Source: a virus
IMG/VR virus record: IMGVR_UViG_3300045988_111917
DNA length: 32,509 nt
Direction: 5' to 3' (one strand)
The notes beneath the pieces were generated by a model, which saw nothing but the letters and a program-made list of their open reading frames with translations, was not told the DNA's origin and did no database searches. Position numbers and translations under genes: made by a program. This document shows, one piece after another, positions 7,843 to 14,423 of this stretch; position 1 is the stretch's first letter; each line of letters begins with the position of its first letter.

Positions 7843-8746
7843 TTTTCTTCTCCTTCACTACGCTGAGGCGGGTGGTCGTCGATGTTTTCCTGAATGGGGT
7901 CAGGTCTGCTGGATGCTGGCTGAAATACGCTTTGTAGTCGGTGGTGGTGCGCGTGGTTTCCGCCAGTCTTGCGATATGTCCGGCGCATGCCACTCGTTCG
8001 CCAGGATGCTCACTCAGCCATGTGGAGAGCTTTTCCTTCAACGCCTCGTACCGGTCTTTCGCTTCCAACAGTTCGGCCAACAGCTGTTGTCCGCCATTGT
8101 CCGAGTCCGATGGCTGTTCCGCACGCTCGTATTCCGTCGCATACTTTTCCAGTGCGCCCACGTCCATCACGTCGGGGACGACTACGATGTCGAGCGTTTC
8201 CTTGATTCGTTCGGTGATGTAGTCGGCGTTCAACGTCTCCCATGACGGGGGGCGTTGCGCGTAGATGATTTCCGCATGATCCGTGTCCATCATGCGGGCT
8301 TCTATCTGCGCTTGGGCTGAATATTGGTTGCGCTGTTCGGAAGTCAGGAACGCGTATGATGGTTTGCTTCCAGTCTTCACTTCGACGGTATGCAGCAGGC
8401 CTCCATCGTCGCGGTATGCGGCGTCAAGCGAGACGTGCAGACGCCCGTCCGTGTAGAAACTGTTGTCGTACCATGCGAGCTGTCCGTTCTCCAAACGGTC
8501 TACTGGAGTGTTCTTGGCGACGATGGCGAGCTGTAGGTGTTCCGCGTAAAGTTTGACGAGCATTGGCTCCCAGATGCTGCCGAACCGCAATGCCGACTGT
8601 ACGGCCGGAATGTCCGGCGGGGGGGAGGGCAGTTGTCCGGTGGCGATGAAATGCGCTAGACTGGATGCGCCTATCGTTTCCTCACGCGCCTTGAGCCATG
8701 CTTCACGGTCTTGGAAGACACGGTATGTCAGATTTCCTTTGTCCAT
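7835..8746 (-). CDS. YqaJ/lambda-Exo-like PD-(D/E)xK recombination exonuclease
   Basis: REAWLKAREETIGASSLAHFI (the W..R...IGAS motif), then SLDAAY...LHTVEVKTG (D...E.K catalytic core). Confidence 0.8.
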   Translation of the reverse strand: MDKGNLTYRVFQDREAWLKAREETIGASSLAHFIATGQLPSPPPDIPAVQSALRFGSIWEPMLVKLYAEHLQLAIVAKNTPVDRLENGQLAWYDNSFYTDGRLHVSLDAAYRDDGGLLHTVEVKTGSKPSYAFLTSEQRNQYSAQAQIEARMMDTDHAEIIYAQRPPSWETLNADYITERIKETLDIVVVPDVMDVGALEKYATEYERAEQPSDSDNGGQQLLAELLEAKDRYEALKEKLSTWLSEHPGERVACAGHIARLAETTRTTTDYKAYFSQHPADLTPFRKTSTTTRLSVVKEKKNA

Positions 8747-9111
8747 CTCATTTTCCCTTCCGAATCAATTACGAGAATATAGTTGTAGATGTTCGTCATG
8801 TTAGCAACGGTTTGGTAGGTCAGCAGGGCGTCCACAGCCTTTTTGCCGTACAGGAGCATGACGTTCGCATGATGTTTGGCGAGCGCTTTGAGTTCGCGGC
8901 ACTGGTCGGGGCTTGGCCTTCCTACCGTGCGTTTCAATTCGATGAACCACACGTTGCCGAACGTGTCTACGGCGGTCACGTCGGGGAATCCGTTGCGTGA
9001 GCGTCCTTCGGTTTTCTGCACGTACCATCCTTGCTGTCCCAAGATTCTGATGAGACGGTTCTGGATGGCCGACTCCAATGGTTCCGCTCTGTGGTTATTC
9101 AGTTTCGGCAT
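8728..9111 (-). CDS. VRR-NUC domain nuclease
   Basis: ESAIQNRLIRILGQQGWYVQKT....GFPDVTAV....VWFIELKRTVGRPSPDQ matches the VRR-NUC signature (E..Q ... G.PD ... E.K ... Q). SD AAGGAGGA. Confidence 0.8.
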   Translation of the reverse strand: MPKLNNHRAEPLESAIQNRLIRILGQQGWYVQKTEGRSRNGFPDVTAVDTFGNVWFIELKRTVGRPSPDQCRELKALAKHHANVMLLYGKKAVDALLTYQTVANMTNIYNYILVIDSEGKMRWTKEI

Positions 9112-9373
9112 CGGTGTCCTCCTTGATGCGTACCGCGCTGACCCATACCGCGTATGTTCCGTCCGGCTTGCGACGTGTGACCGCAGCGTAATCGACGGTT
9201 GGTTCCGTCCACGCGGTGATATGTTTGCGGATATGGCAGGCGGTGGCGTTCGCGGTGGTGCGTTTCTCGTATGAACGGTATTCGGCCCACCTGCCTAGAT
9301 TGTGTTTGAGCATCGCATTGAACACAGTGTCTGCCCGACTATTGGCGGGGGGGGTGTCTAGGAATTTCGTCAT
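9095..9373 (-). CDS. Hypothetical protein
   Basis: 92-aa ORF. SD GAAGGAGAA. ATGA overlap with the upstream gene. Confidence 0.65.
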   Translation of the reverse strand: MTKFLDTPPANSRADTVFNAMLKHNLGRWAEYRSYEKRTTANATACHIRKHITAWTEPTVDYAAVTRRKPDGTYAVWVSAVRIKEDTDAETE

Positions 9374-9567
9374 TTGTTCTCCTTCGGTCTGAAATATGCG
9401 GGCATGATTGATTTCGGCAGGATTCTGCCTTCACGCTCCAACCGTTTCGCATGTGGGAACAGCCAGCCGCGGGACACTCCCAGTGCCTTCGCGGCTTGGC
9501 TGATGTTCATGCAGGTGGTGAGCGCGTCAATCAGCGTGTCGTCACTGTAGTGGATTGGCGCGTTCAC
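9370..9567 (-). CDS. Small helix-turn-helix DNA-binding protein
   Basis: MNISQAAKALGVSRGWLFPHAKRL is a typical HTH. GTG start 3 nt after the SSB stop. Confidence 0.6.
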   Translation of the reverse strand: MNAPIHYSDDTLIDALTTCMNISQAAKALGVSRGWLFPHAKRLEREGRILPKSIMPAYFRPKENK

Positions 9568-9570
9568 GGT

Positions 9571-10110
9571 TTAGAACTCCGGCTCCGGCTCCCCGGCGCC
9601 CTCATCGTCGATGGTCAGCTGCGTGTGCACGCCGAACTTGTGGGGGGCGGGGGTGCTGTTCTTTTCGACTCGCAGCAGCTGCACGCCGGTCAGGAAGTAG
9701 GTGAGTCGTCCTTCCTTCGTGCTGCCGATTTTGAACGCGACGTTGGCGAGCGTGCCATCTCCCGGCTCTTCGGTCAGCTCGACATCGTTGGCGTTTTGGT
9801 CGACGATGCTGGGCTTCCACTTGGACGATAGGTTGACGAGCCACTTGCCGCGTTGCGGCTGGGTTCCATCCTTGAGGGTGATTAAATCACCGTCCTTGTA
9901 ACGCAGGTTGTCGCCGTTGGCTCGCACGCCCAACTGTTTCGCGGACGCGACGAGTTCCTTATGCACGTCTCCGTTCTTCGGGAACGCGAGCTGCAGTTGG
10001 TAGTTCGGTTCGATTCCGCGCTGTTTCGCCGCGTCGGACTGGTATTTATCCTTGATGTGAACGAATCGAATTTCGCCTACAGCTTCGATTTCGAGCATGT
10101 CGTTTGCCAT
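9571..10110 (-). CDS. ssDNA-binding protein, T7 gp2.5-like (DUF2815-type)
   Basis: 179 aa next to Erf. An OB-like body with YKDGD and LVNLSSKWKPSIVD segments. Acidic C-terminal tail DDEGAGEPEPEF ends in an aromatic residue, as in gp2.5-type SSBs. Confidence 0.65.
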   Translation of the reverse strand: MANDMLEIEAVGEIRFVHIKDKYQSDAAKQRGIEPNYQLQLAFPKNGDVHKELVASAKQLGVRANGDNLRYKDGDLITLKDGTQPQRGKWLVNLSSKWKPSIVDQNANDVELTEEPGDGTLANVAFKIGSTKEGRLTYFLTGVQLLRVEKNSTPAPHKFGVHTQLTIDDEGAGEPEPEF

Positions 10111-10131
10111 TTTGTTTTTTCCTTTCGGTTT

Positions 10132-10605
10132 TTAGTTGAATTCTTCCGTGAGGGCGGGGCGTGGGAGGGGGGCGGCTGTTTTTCCGTCGTCGTCCATCAC
10201 TGTTGTGAGTCCAAGCAGGTGGATTAGCCCGTAGCGCCTGTAGTAGGTTTCGAAGCTACCTACTTGCTGGGCCGCGGTTGCCGGATACGTGTAGCTGCTG
10301 CTGACCGCCTCGCCATGCTTCACCATGTCCATGAGGTTCTCGCACTCATGCGCGGACTCATAAACAGCCACGGTTAGCGTGTTGTAGACGGTTGGCATAT
10401 CCGCGTCGGCGCCGACTATCTCGCTTGAGCAGACGGCCGTCCAGCCTAGGCCATGTTCCATCATGCTGTTCTTGACCAGCCGCCAAACATCGTCTAACGT
10501 GGCGTACTTGTACCCGTATCCTTCTGTCGTGCGTTTCACTGCTTCGACTGACTGTTGCACTGCCGCGATTCGGCTTAGCACGTCGTATCGTTTATCGTTT
10601 GCCAT
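10132..10605 (-). CDS. erf: ERF-family single-strand annealing recombinase
   Basis: YKYATLDDVWRLVKNSMMEHGL ... QQVGSFETYYRRYGLIHLLGL....DDDG matches the conserved ERF blocks. SD AGGAGGAA. Confidence 0.75.
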   Translation of the reverse strand: MANDKRYDVLSRIAAVQQSVEAVKRTTEGYGYKYATLDDVWRLVKNSMMEHGLGWTAVCSSEIVGADADMPTVYNTLTVAVYESAHECENLMDMVKHGEAVSSSYTYPATAAQQVGSFETYYRRYGLIHLLGLTTVMDDDGKTAAPLPRPALTEEFN

Positions 10606-10975
10606 TGTTCCTCCTTTTTTCGAGTTCGTTTTCGATAAGCGTTTCGTCTATGGCGAGCCGGTATGCGCGTTCCACGATGTCGTCGTAGTCGCATTGGGTG
10701 TGGGGGGTGTGTTCATGAATTGCGAGTCCGGCTATAACCGCAAGGTTTTCGCTTGTCGGTTTCGCCTTGTACGCGTCTATGCGACTCTGCCATATGTCGT
10801 GGCGTCCTTGCAACCATGCTTCAAGCGCACACTGATAGTCTTTGGCTGTGTATGGGGCCGCGGTATCAAACACGATTATGTCGCTCACCACGTCGATTCC
10901 CGCGTTGAGCGCCCTATCGGACAGACACGTCAAGTATGTTTCGACTCTATCATGAAAGTATGCTGACGGTTTCAT
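10592..10975 (-). CDS. Hypothetical protein
   Basis: 127-aa ORF. SD GAGGTAAAA. Overlaps the erf start by 14 nt. Confidence 0.65.
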   Translation of the reverse strand: MKPSAYFHDRVETYLTCLSDRALNAGIDVVSDIIVFDTAAPYTAKDYQCALEAWLQGRHDIWQSRIDAYKAKPTSENLAVIAGLAIHEHTPHTQCDYDDIVERAYRLAIDETLIENELEKRRNNGKR

Positions 10976-11008
10976 TGTTTTACCTCATTTCTTTGGTTTT
11001 CATTGTTT

Positions 11009-11039
11009 ATTATATCAGGGCGTGCCTCACGACACGCCC
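11009..11039 (-). promoter_or_regulatory. Candidate extended -10 promoter (TGATATAAT) preceded by a hairpin carrying the CGACACGCC motif
   Basis: The - strand reads GGGCGTG-tcgtgagg-CACGCCC TGATATAAT, 33 nt before ATG 10975. No good -35. Confidence 0.4.
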
Positions 11040-11049
11040 GAAAAATTCA

Positions 11050-11550
11050 TCAGACGCGCCAAAACATGTTGGAAACCCATACGCCATGCGAGTATTCAAT
11101 CGGCTCGCCCTCAAGCCATTTCAAACAGCCATGGGGGGTAATAAGCGCTACAAGTCCCTGACCCTTAAACACGGTGTCATCGTATCCGCTATCAATCCAC
11201 GCGTCAATCATGTTGCGGGAGTCTGACGCGTGCGGCCCTACCGTGTAGTCGCGTGCGATACCGTTATGCGCGACATAACCCCTATCCGTATGGAACGGAT
11301 GACAGTTGCGCGCCTCTACCGCGCCATGCGTGGCGAAACGAAAATGCATCAGGCATGGGGCGCGCTTGAGGCTATTCCAATGACTGTAGACGAAGCCAAC
11401 CACTTTCAGCGGGTCAACGTTTTTGAACACCCTCAACCGTTCGCCGTCCCACCAACTGACACCGCCCCCGTCCGGGTTCGTCTCGCTCATGGCTAGGATG
11501 TCTTCGGGTTCCGGCATTGCGCCGGGCGCTGCTGTTACGATGACACACAT
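11050..11550 (-). CDS. Class-II (Ntn, YafJ-like) glutamine amidotransferase / thiol peptidase-like protein
   Basis: Starts Met-Cys (MCVIV, the Cys nucleophile position). NCHPF and AHNGIA motifs are present. SD GAGGAA. The longer ORF-track version (to 11829) overlaps the upstream gene and is not needed. Confidence 0.8.
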   Translation of the reverse strand: MCVIVTAAPGAMPEPEDILAMSETNPDGGGVSWWDGERLRVFKNVDPLKVVGFVYSHWNSLKRAPCLMHFRFATHGAVEARNCHPFHTDRGYVAHNGIARDYTVGPHASDSRNMIDAWIDSGYDDTVFKGQGLVALITPHGCLKWLEGEPIEYSHGVWVSNMFWRV

Positions 11551-11606
11551 TGTTTGTTTTCCTCTTTCCATAATAGGGGGCAGGACGTTCCGGCTCCCGA
11601 AGATTT

Positions 11607-13223
11607 TCAGTCGTTGGCGCGCGTGGCGGCAATATCCTTGCGGATATGCGCGTAACGTTCGGACAGTTCGGGACGCCCGGCACGTTTGTACAGGCGCAAC
11701 GCGGTACGTTCCAACGACTCCACAGTCGGCCTGCCGTGTGACGCGCGTGCGATCCGACTGCGAACGATGTTCTTGACCACCCGCACGGCCGTCTCGCCAT
11801 GACGGTTCACATATTCGTGACCGTCCCAAACGGTCTCGTCGCCGTACGCATGGTGCAGGCGGAAACTGTAGAGGCTGATGGGCTCGACGCCCGCCATAGA
11901 CATGACGGTAGCCATCTGCGCGTAGTGGTGCAATGGGTGTAGGTTGCGGGACGGGAGCGCGTAGCAGAGTTCCGGGGCCGCCAGACGCCCTTCCACGAGC
12001 TTGCGGCCACGCTCGCGACGTTCCTTACGCCTGCGGTATTCAAGTGCGGCCGGAAGCGTGTCGCCATGACTGTGGCGTGCGATACGCGACGCCCCCACGT
12101 TGGCTTTGACGTTGCGACGGATTCTGGCGGCGCGTTCCAGATGCTCCCGCTCCTCTTCGGTTTTCCGTGCCGCCTTGACACTACGTGCGGCGGCGAGTCG
12201 TTCGTCGAGCGTGCGACGGGGCGTGTCGGTCACGTTGTCGGCCATGCATGACGCATACCGTTCGATAAAACTCGCCGATACCGTGCCACGGGGGTGTTTT
12301 TCAAAGAACCGCCACATGGCGCGTATCCACTTGACCGCAGGAACGAGCTTATTGGCGGTGCCCTCATACCAGCAGCCGAACGTGCGCAGTTCAATGGTAT
12401 CCGCATGCTCGTCGTTGACGGCCGTGTGCTTACCTGTATACTCGCCATGAGTGAGCGCGCACCAATAGTCGTCGTCGATGTGGCGCATGTTGAGCAGTCG
12501 GCACTGTGCCGCGTCCAGCCCGTGCAGTGCCCAATACCAGCGGCTTGCGCATTGGTTTGGCGTGCGCGCCACGTGGATATGGCCGCCCGCGTTATCGCCC
12601 CACTCCGGAATGCCCTCTACAATCCGCTTCAAGGCGGGTAGCCTGGACATGTCGAGGATATTGGACTGCAGTTCCACCCCGTTCCGCTCCAGTGACGCGT
12701 CCTTGCCCCAACCGGCAATGACGTCAGAGTTCGTCACGTTTTCCACGAAGTCGTCGGATAGTTCGGATTCAAGTTCAATCTCGACGCCGAAAGTGAATTG
12801 GTCCCCGTTTCCGAACGCGTACGGGTAGACGTAAGAGGGTTCCTTGATGTCCAGGAACGCTTCGGCGCCGCGATGTCGCGGGCAATAGTAGTCGCATGTC
12901 ATGCTACCCCCGCAGTAGTCGCACAGTACCGCGTCGCACCCGTAGGCGTCGCAGGAATAATACTCGCCACTATCCGGGTCGATCGGCGTGCCACATTGCG
13001 CGCACCATTCGTCCTCATCGTCGAGATCGCCCACGTTGTAGACGCGACGCATTCCACCACCATCGCCGAAGCGCACGTAGAACTCACTGCCGAATGCCAC
13101 GCATTCCGTGGTGCTGTCCGGCCACTTGCCGCGATACGCCTTATACAGGCGTTGCGCGTTACCGTCGCGCTCAATCCATTCGGCATACGGCTCGCCGCCC
13201 ATGATTGCGATACGTCCAGCCAT
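11607..13223 (-). CDS. Amidoligase_2-type (glutamine-synthetase-like COOH-NH2 ligase) protein with N-terminal Cys cluster and Arg-rich C-terminal repeat region
   Basis: FTFGVEIELES ... GKDASLERNGVELQS ... NAGGHIHVAR ... DTIELRTF reproduces the Amidoligase_2 motif order. There are 8 Cys between residues 74 and 114. SD AAGGAG. Confidence 0.8.
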   Translation of the reverse strand: MAGRIAIMGGEPYAEWIERDGNAQRLYKAYRGKWPDSTTECVAFGSEFYVRFGDGGGMRRVYNVGDLDDEDEWCAQCGTPIDPDSGEYYSCDAYGCDAVLCDYCGGSMTCDYYCPRHRGAEAFLDIKEPSYVYPYAFGNGDQFTFGVEIELESELSDDFVENVTNSDVIAGWGKDASLERNGVELQSNILDMSRLPALKRIVEGIPEWGDNAGGHIHVARTPNQCASRWYWALHGLDAAQCRLLNMRHIDDDYWCALTHGEYTGKHTAVNDEHADTIELRTFGCWYEGTANKLVPAVKWIRAMWRFFEKHPRGTVSASFIERYASCMADNVTDTPRRTLDERLAAARSVKAARKTEEEREHLERAARIRRNVKANVGASRIARHSHGDTLPAALEYRRRKERRERGRKLVEGRLAAPELCYALPSRNLHPLHHYAQMATVMSMAGVEPISLYSFRLHHAYGDETVWDGHEYVNRHGETAVRVVKNIVRSRIARASHGRPTVESLERTALRLYKRAGRPELSERYAHIRKDIAATRAND

Positions 13224-13268
13224 TGTGATCGCTGCTCCTTAATAGAATGGCCTATAATATTTCGGGCC

Positions 13269-13291
13269 CTTGCGGGACTCGCACCCGCAAG
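13269..13291 (-). promoter_or_regulatory. GC-rich stem-loop between the early cassette genes and the amidoligase gene (attenuator or processing site?)
   Basis: CTTGCGGG / CCCGCAAG 8-bp stem with a 7-nt loop. No U tract on either strand. Confidence 0.35.
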
Positions 13292-13304
13292 TATGCTGTT
13301 AGGG

Positions 13305-13529
13305 CTAGTCGGTCAATGCGGCTATTATGTTCATCATTTCGGCATCCGTCGCGTCCTTGCGGATTATTGCCGACACGATCGGCGTGTCGATATAGACGAT
13401 GTAGTCGGCGAGCGGTATCAATCGTACCGCAATGTCGCCCTTGGTTGCCGTTACGTTGCCAGTCGGGGAAGGGAGGGTCGTTTCGTACCCGCGCGCCTTC
13501 ATCTGATTGACGAATGTCTGCCTTTCCAT
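13305..13529 (-). CDS. Early small protein C (74 aa), hypothetical
   Basis: MERQTFVNQMKARGYE.... ATG 13529 sits directly behind cassette copy C (GGAGG SD). Confidence 0.65.
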   Translation of the reverse strand: MERQTFVNQMKARGYETTLPSPTGNVTATKGDIAVRLIPLADYIVYIDTPIVSAIIRKDATDAEMMNIIAALTD

Positions 13530-13554
13530 TGTTACCTCCTTGGTTGATACCTTT

Positions 13555-13596
13555 AATATATCACGACGGTATATCGTTGTCAATGTCGGCGTGTCG
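13555..13596 (-). promoter_or_regulatory. Early promoter cassette copy C
   Basis: The - strand reads CGACACGCCGACA TTGACA (13583-13578), 17 nt, TATATT (13560-13555), then ATCAACCAAGGAGGTAACA ATG. Confidence 0.7.
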
Positions 13597-13662
13597 CGTC
13601 ACAGCTCCTTGAGGACATACACTTTACGCCATGCCGACTCTGCGCCCTCAATCTCACGGCCG

Positions 13663-13971
13663 TCATTGATGGCCTTGCGCAACCACGGCAACGTGACCCC
13701 CCTTGAAAACGTCGTCGGTCTGCGCCAGGAACTCCTTGACGTGCCGCAACGTCGTGGCGCTCAAGTATTCCATGCCGACCTCAACGCCGAAAACCTCCTG
13801 TTTGGTGTCCCACGCGCTGATCGGCGTGACCTTGGCGACCACAGTGCCGTATGACTTGAGCACGTACTGCGTGCCGTTTTCAGTGCCCCAACGTTCAACG
13901 AACGCCTTGCCGTAGAACGACTTGCGCCCGTCGTACAACGGTGTCAGCTCGAACATTCCATGATAGTTCAT
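13663..13971 (-). CDS. Early small protein B (102 aa), hypothetical
   Basis: MNYHGMFELTPLYDGRKSFYGKAFVERW...LKSYGTVVAKV...LSATTLRHVKEFL. ATG 13971 sits behind cassette copy B (AAGGAG SD). The ORF-track start 14061 would run through the promoter. Confidence 0.7.
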   Translation of the reverse strand: MNYHGMFELTPLYDGRKSFYGKAFVERWGTENGTQYVLKSYGTVVAKVTPISAWDTKQEVFGVEVGMEYLSATTLRHVKEFLAQTDDVFKGGHVAVVAQGHQ

Positions 13972-13999
13972 TTCAATCACTCCTTTGGTTGATGGTTCT

Positions 14000-14041
14000 A
14001 GTATACCGCACTTGATGTTGGTTGTCGAGTGCGGCGTGTCG
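14000..14041 (-). promoter_or_regulatory. Early promoter cassette copy B
   Basis: The - strand reads CGACACGCCGCAC TCGACA (14028-14023), 17 nt, TATACT (14005-14000), then ATCAACCAAAGGAGTGATTGAA ATG. Confidence 0.65.
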
Positions 14042-14042
14042 T

Positions 14043-14213
14043 TCAGGCGGTGGCCGCCCAACCGCCCTCAAGGTCGGCGTAGGCCTTAGGGTCTTCCGTG
14101 GTGGTCAGTGGCGTCAGCCCCCCGTCGCGGTAGGCGTAGACCTCACCCGCGCCGGTGATGAACACCCCCTCACCACCCTTGACGTATCCTTTGCCGTCCA
14201 GTGCCTTGTGCAT
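14043..14213 (-). CDS. Early small protein A (56 aa), hypothetical
   Basis: Hand translation gives MHKALDGKGYVKGGEGVFITGAGEVYAYRDGGLTPLTTTEDPKAYADLEGGWAATA. Lies behind cassette copy A with a GGAGG SD. Below the ORF-track cutoff. Confidence 0.55.
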   Translation of the reverse strand: MHKALDGKGYVKGGEGVFITGAGEVYAYRDGGLTPLTTTEDPKAYADLEGGWAATA

Positions 14214-14239
14214 TCCTTACCTCCTTGGTTGATACTTAT

Positions 14240-14280
14240 AATATACCGCACTTAGCATCAAGTGTCAAGTCGGCGTGTCG
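14240..14280 (-). promoter_or_regulatory. Early promoter cassette copy A
   Basis: The - strand reads CGACACGCCGAC TTGACA (14268-14263), 17 nt, TATATT (14245-14240), then ATCAACCAAGGAGGTAAGGA ATG. Confidence 0.7.
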
Positions 14281-14390
14281 TGAGAATGATTCTCAATACC
14301 AACACCACAAGTGAACCGCGTTAATGGATGAACCGCGTTAATGGATGAACCCGGTTAATGAATGCCTAATGAGAACGATTCTCAATATCA
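14281..14390. repeat. Two 21-bp boxes (14281-14301, 14370-14390), each with a GAGAAY-G-ATTCTC palindrome, bracketing the iterons
   Basis: tgagaatgattctcaatacca versus tgagaacgattctcaatatca, 19/21 identical. The core GAGAATGATTCTC is a 6+1+6 palindrome, operator-like. Confidence 0.8.
14313..14363. repeat. 3 x 17-bp tandem direct repeats (iteron-like)
   Basis: gaaccgcgttaatggat / gaaccgcgttaatggat / gaacccggttaatgaat, head to tail. Confidence 0.9.
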
Positions 14391-14423
14391 GGGGGAGGCA
14401 CACCCCTCCCTAGGAGGGGGGGG
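14391..14423. other. G-run / C-run / G-run element able to form alternative hairpins
   Basis: gggggaggca-cccctcc-cta-ggagggg-gggg. CCCCTCC (14403-14409) pairs with GGAGGGG (14413-14419). Confidence 0.6.

Noticed and set aside
10007-10017. GGTTCGATTCC, a tRNA T-arm-like string
   Set aside because: The flanking bases do not form a T stem (TTCGG versus CCGCG) and no acceptor or anticodon arms can be drawn. It lies inside the SSB coding sequence. No tRNA, including any amber suppressor, was found in the non-coding regions.
11551-11829. Long version of the amidotransferase ORF (11050..11829)
   Set aside because: The extra 93 codons overlap the 3' end of the amidoligase gene and read as Arg-rich noise. 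ATG 11550 has a GAGGAA SD and yields the obligatory Met-Cys N-terminus.
14313-14363. Mini CRISPR array
   Set aside because: The three 17-bp units are contiguous with no spacers, are far shorter than CRISPR repeats, and no cas genes or leader are present.
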